A stretch of 64,000 nucleotides of DNA from Desulfobacterales bacterium (GTDB taxonomy: Bacteria; Desulfobacterota; Desulfobacteria; Desulfobacterales; SG8-13), in the NCBI GenBank assembly GCA_051155755.1, contig DAXETY010000042.1, positions 20,367 to 84,366 of the forward strand, given 5' to 3'. The position numbers were made by a program, and so were the translations under genes. This document shows positions 63,993-64,000 of the stretch, in pieces; positions within the stretch are counted from its first letter, which is position 1, and the number at the start of each line of letters is the position of its first letter. The notes under the pieces were generated by a model. That model was not told where the DNA came from, searched no databases, and saw nothing but the letters and a program-made list of their open reading frames with translations.

Positions 63993-64000
63993 GCCATCGA

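Overview
GC-rich 64-kb chromosomal window with the gene content of a dissimilatory sulfate-reducing deltaproteobacterium (Desulfobacterales-like; this is inferred from gene content only). In order, it contains: (1) the end of a corrinoid/iron-type ABC uptake locus plus cbiL and a coupled membrane protein; (2) small signalling genes and tRNA-Val; (3) a prenyl diphosphate synthase, rimO and etfBA; (4) one long minus-strand [NiFe] hydrogenase operon (small subunit, large subunit, maturation protease, hypC-hypF-hypD-hypE, then apbE); (5) two tRNA-Ser; (6) the sulfate activation/reduction core, with sat on the plus strand converging on aprB-aprA-qmoA-qmoB-qmoC on the minus strand; (7) three YkgJ-type Cys-cluster paralogs around an SDR; (8) a dGTPase-like gene and a deaminase; (9) the translation operons infC-rpmI-rplT-pheS-pheT-merR and tRNA-Gly-rimP-nusA-infB-DUF503-rbfA-nrnA-truB-rpsO-pnp-M16 peptidase-dut; (10) era, engB and an aminotransferase. 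I saw no prophage, IS element, CRISPR array or clear defence island. The observations most worth follow-up are: (a) an in-frame TGA at the second Cys of the N-terminal RxCGxC nickel-binding motif of the hydrogenase large subunit, followed by a SECIS-compatible hairpin, which is not the classical [NiFeSe] position; (b) a dispersed family of 9-bp-periodic ATTGGTTY tandem arrays that start within about 10 nt of stop codons, in the sense orientation, at three intra-operonic spacers, one of them with an inverted partner array; (c) a small siroheme sulfite-reductase-like protein fused to a PCP_red domain; (d) heptamer repeats and a hairpin between aprA and qmoA; (e) the YkgJ paralog cluster beside aprBA. 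Many long ORFs in the supplied track are shadow ORFs of real genes, as expected for GC-rich DNA.
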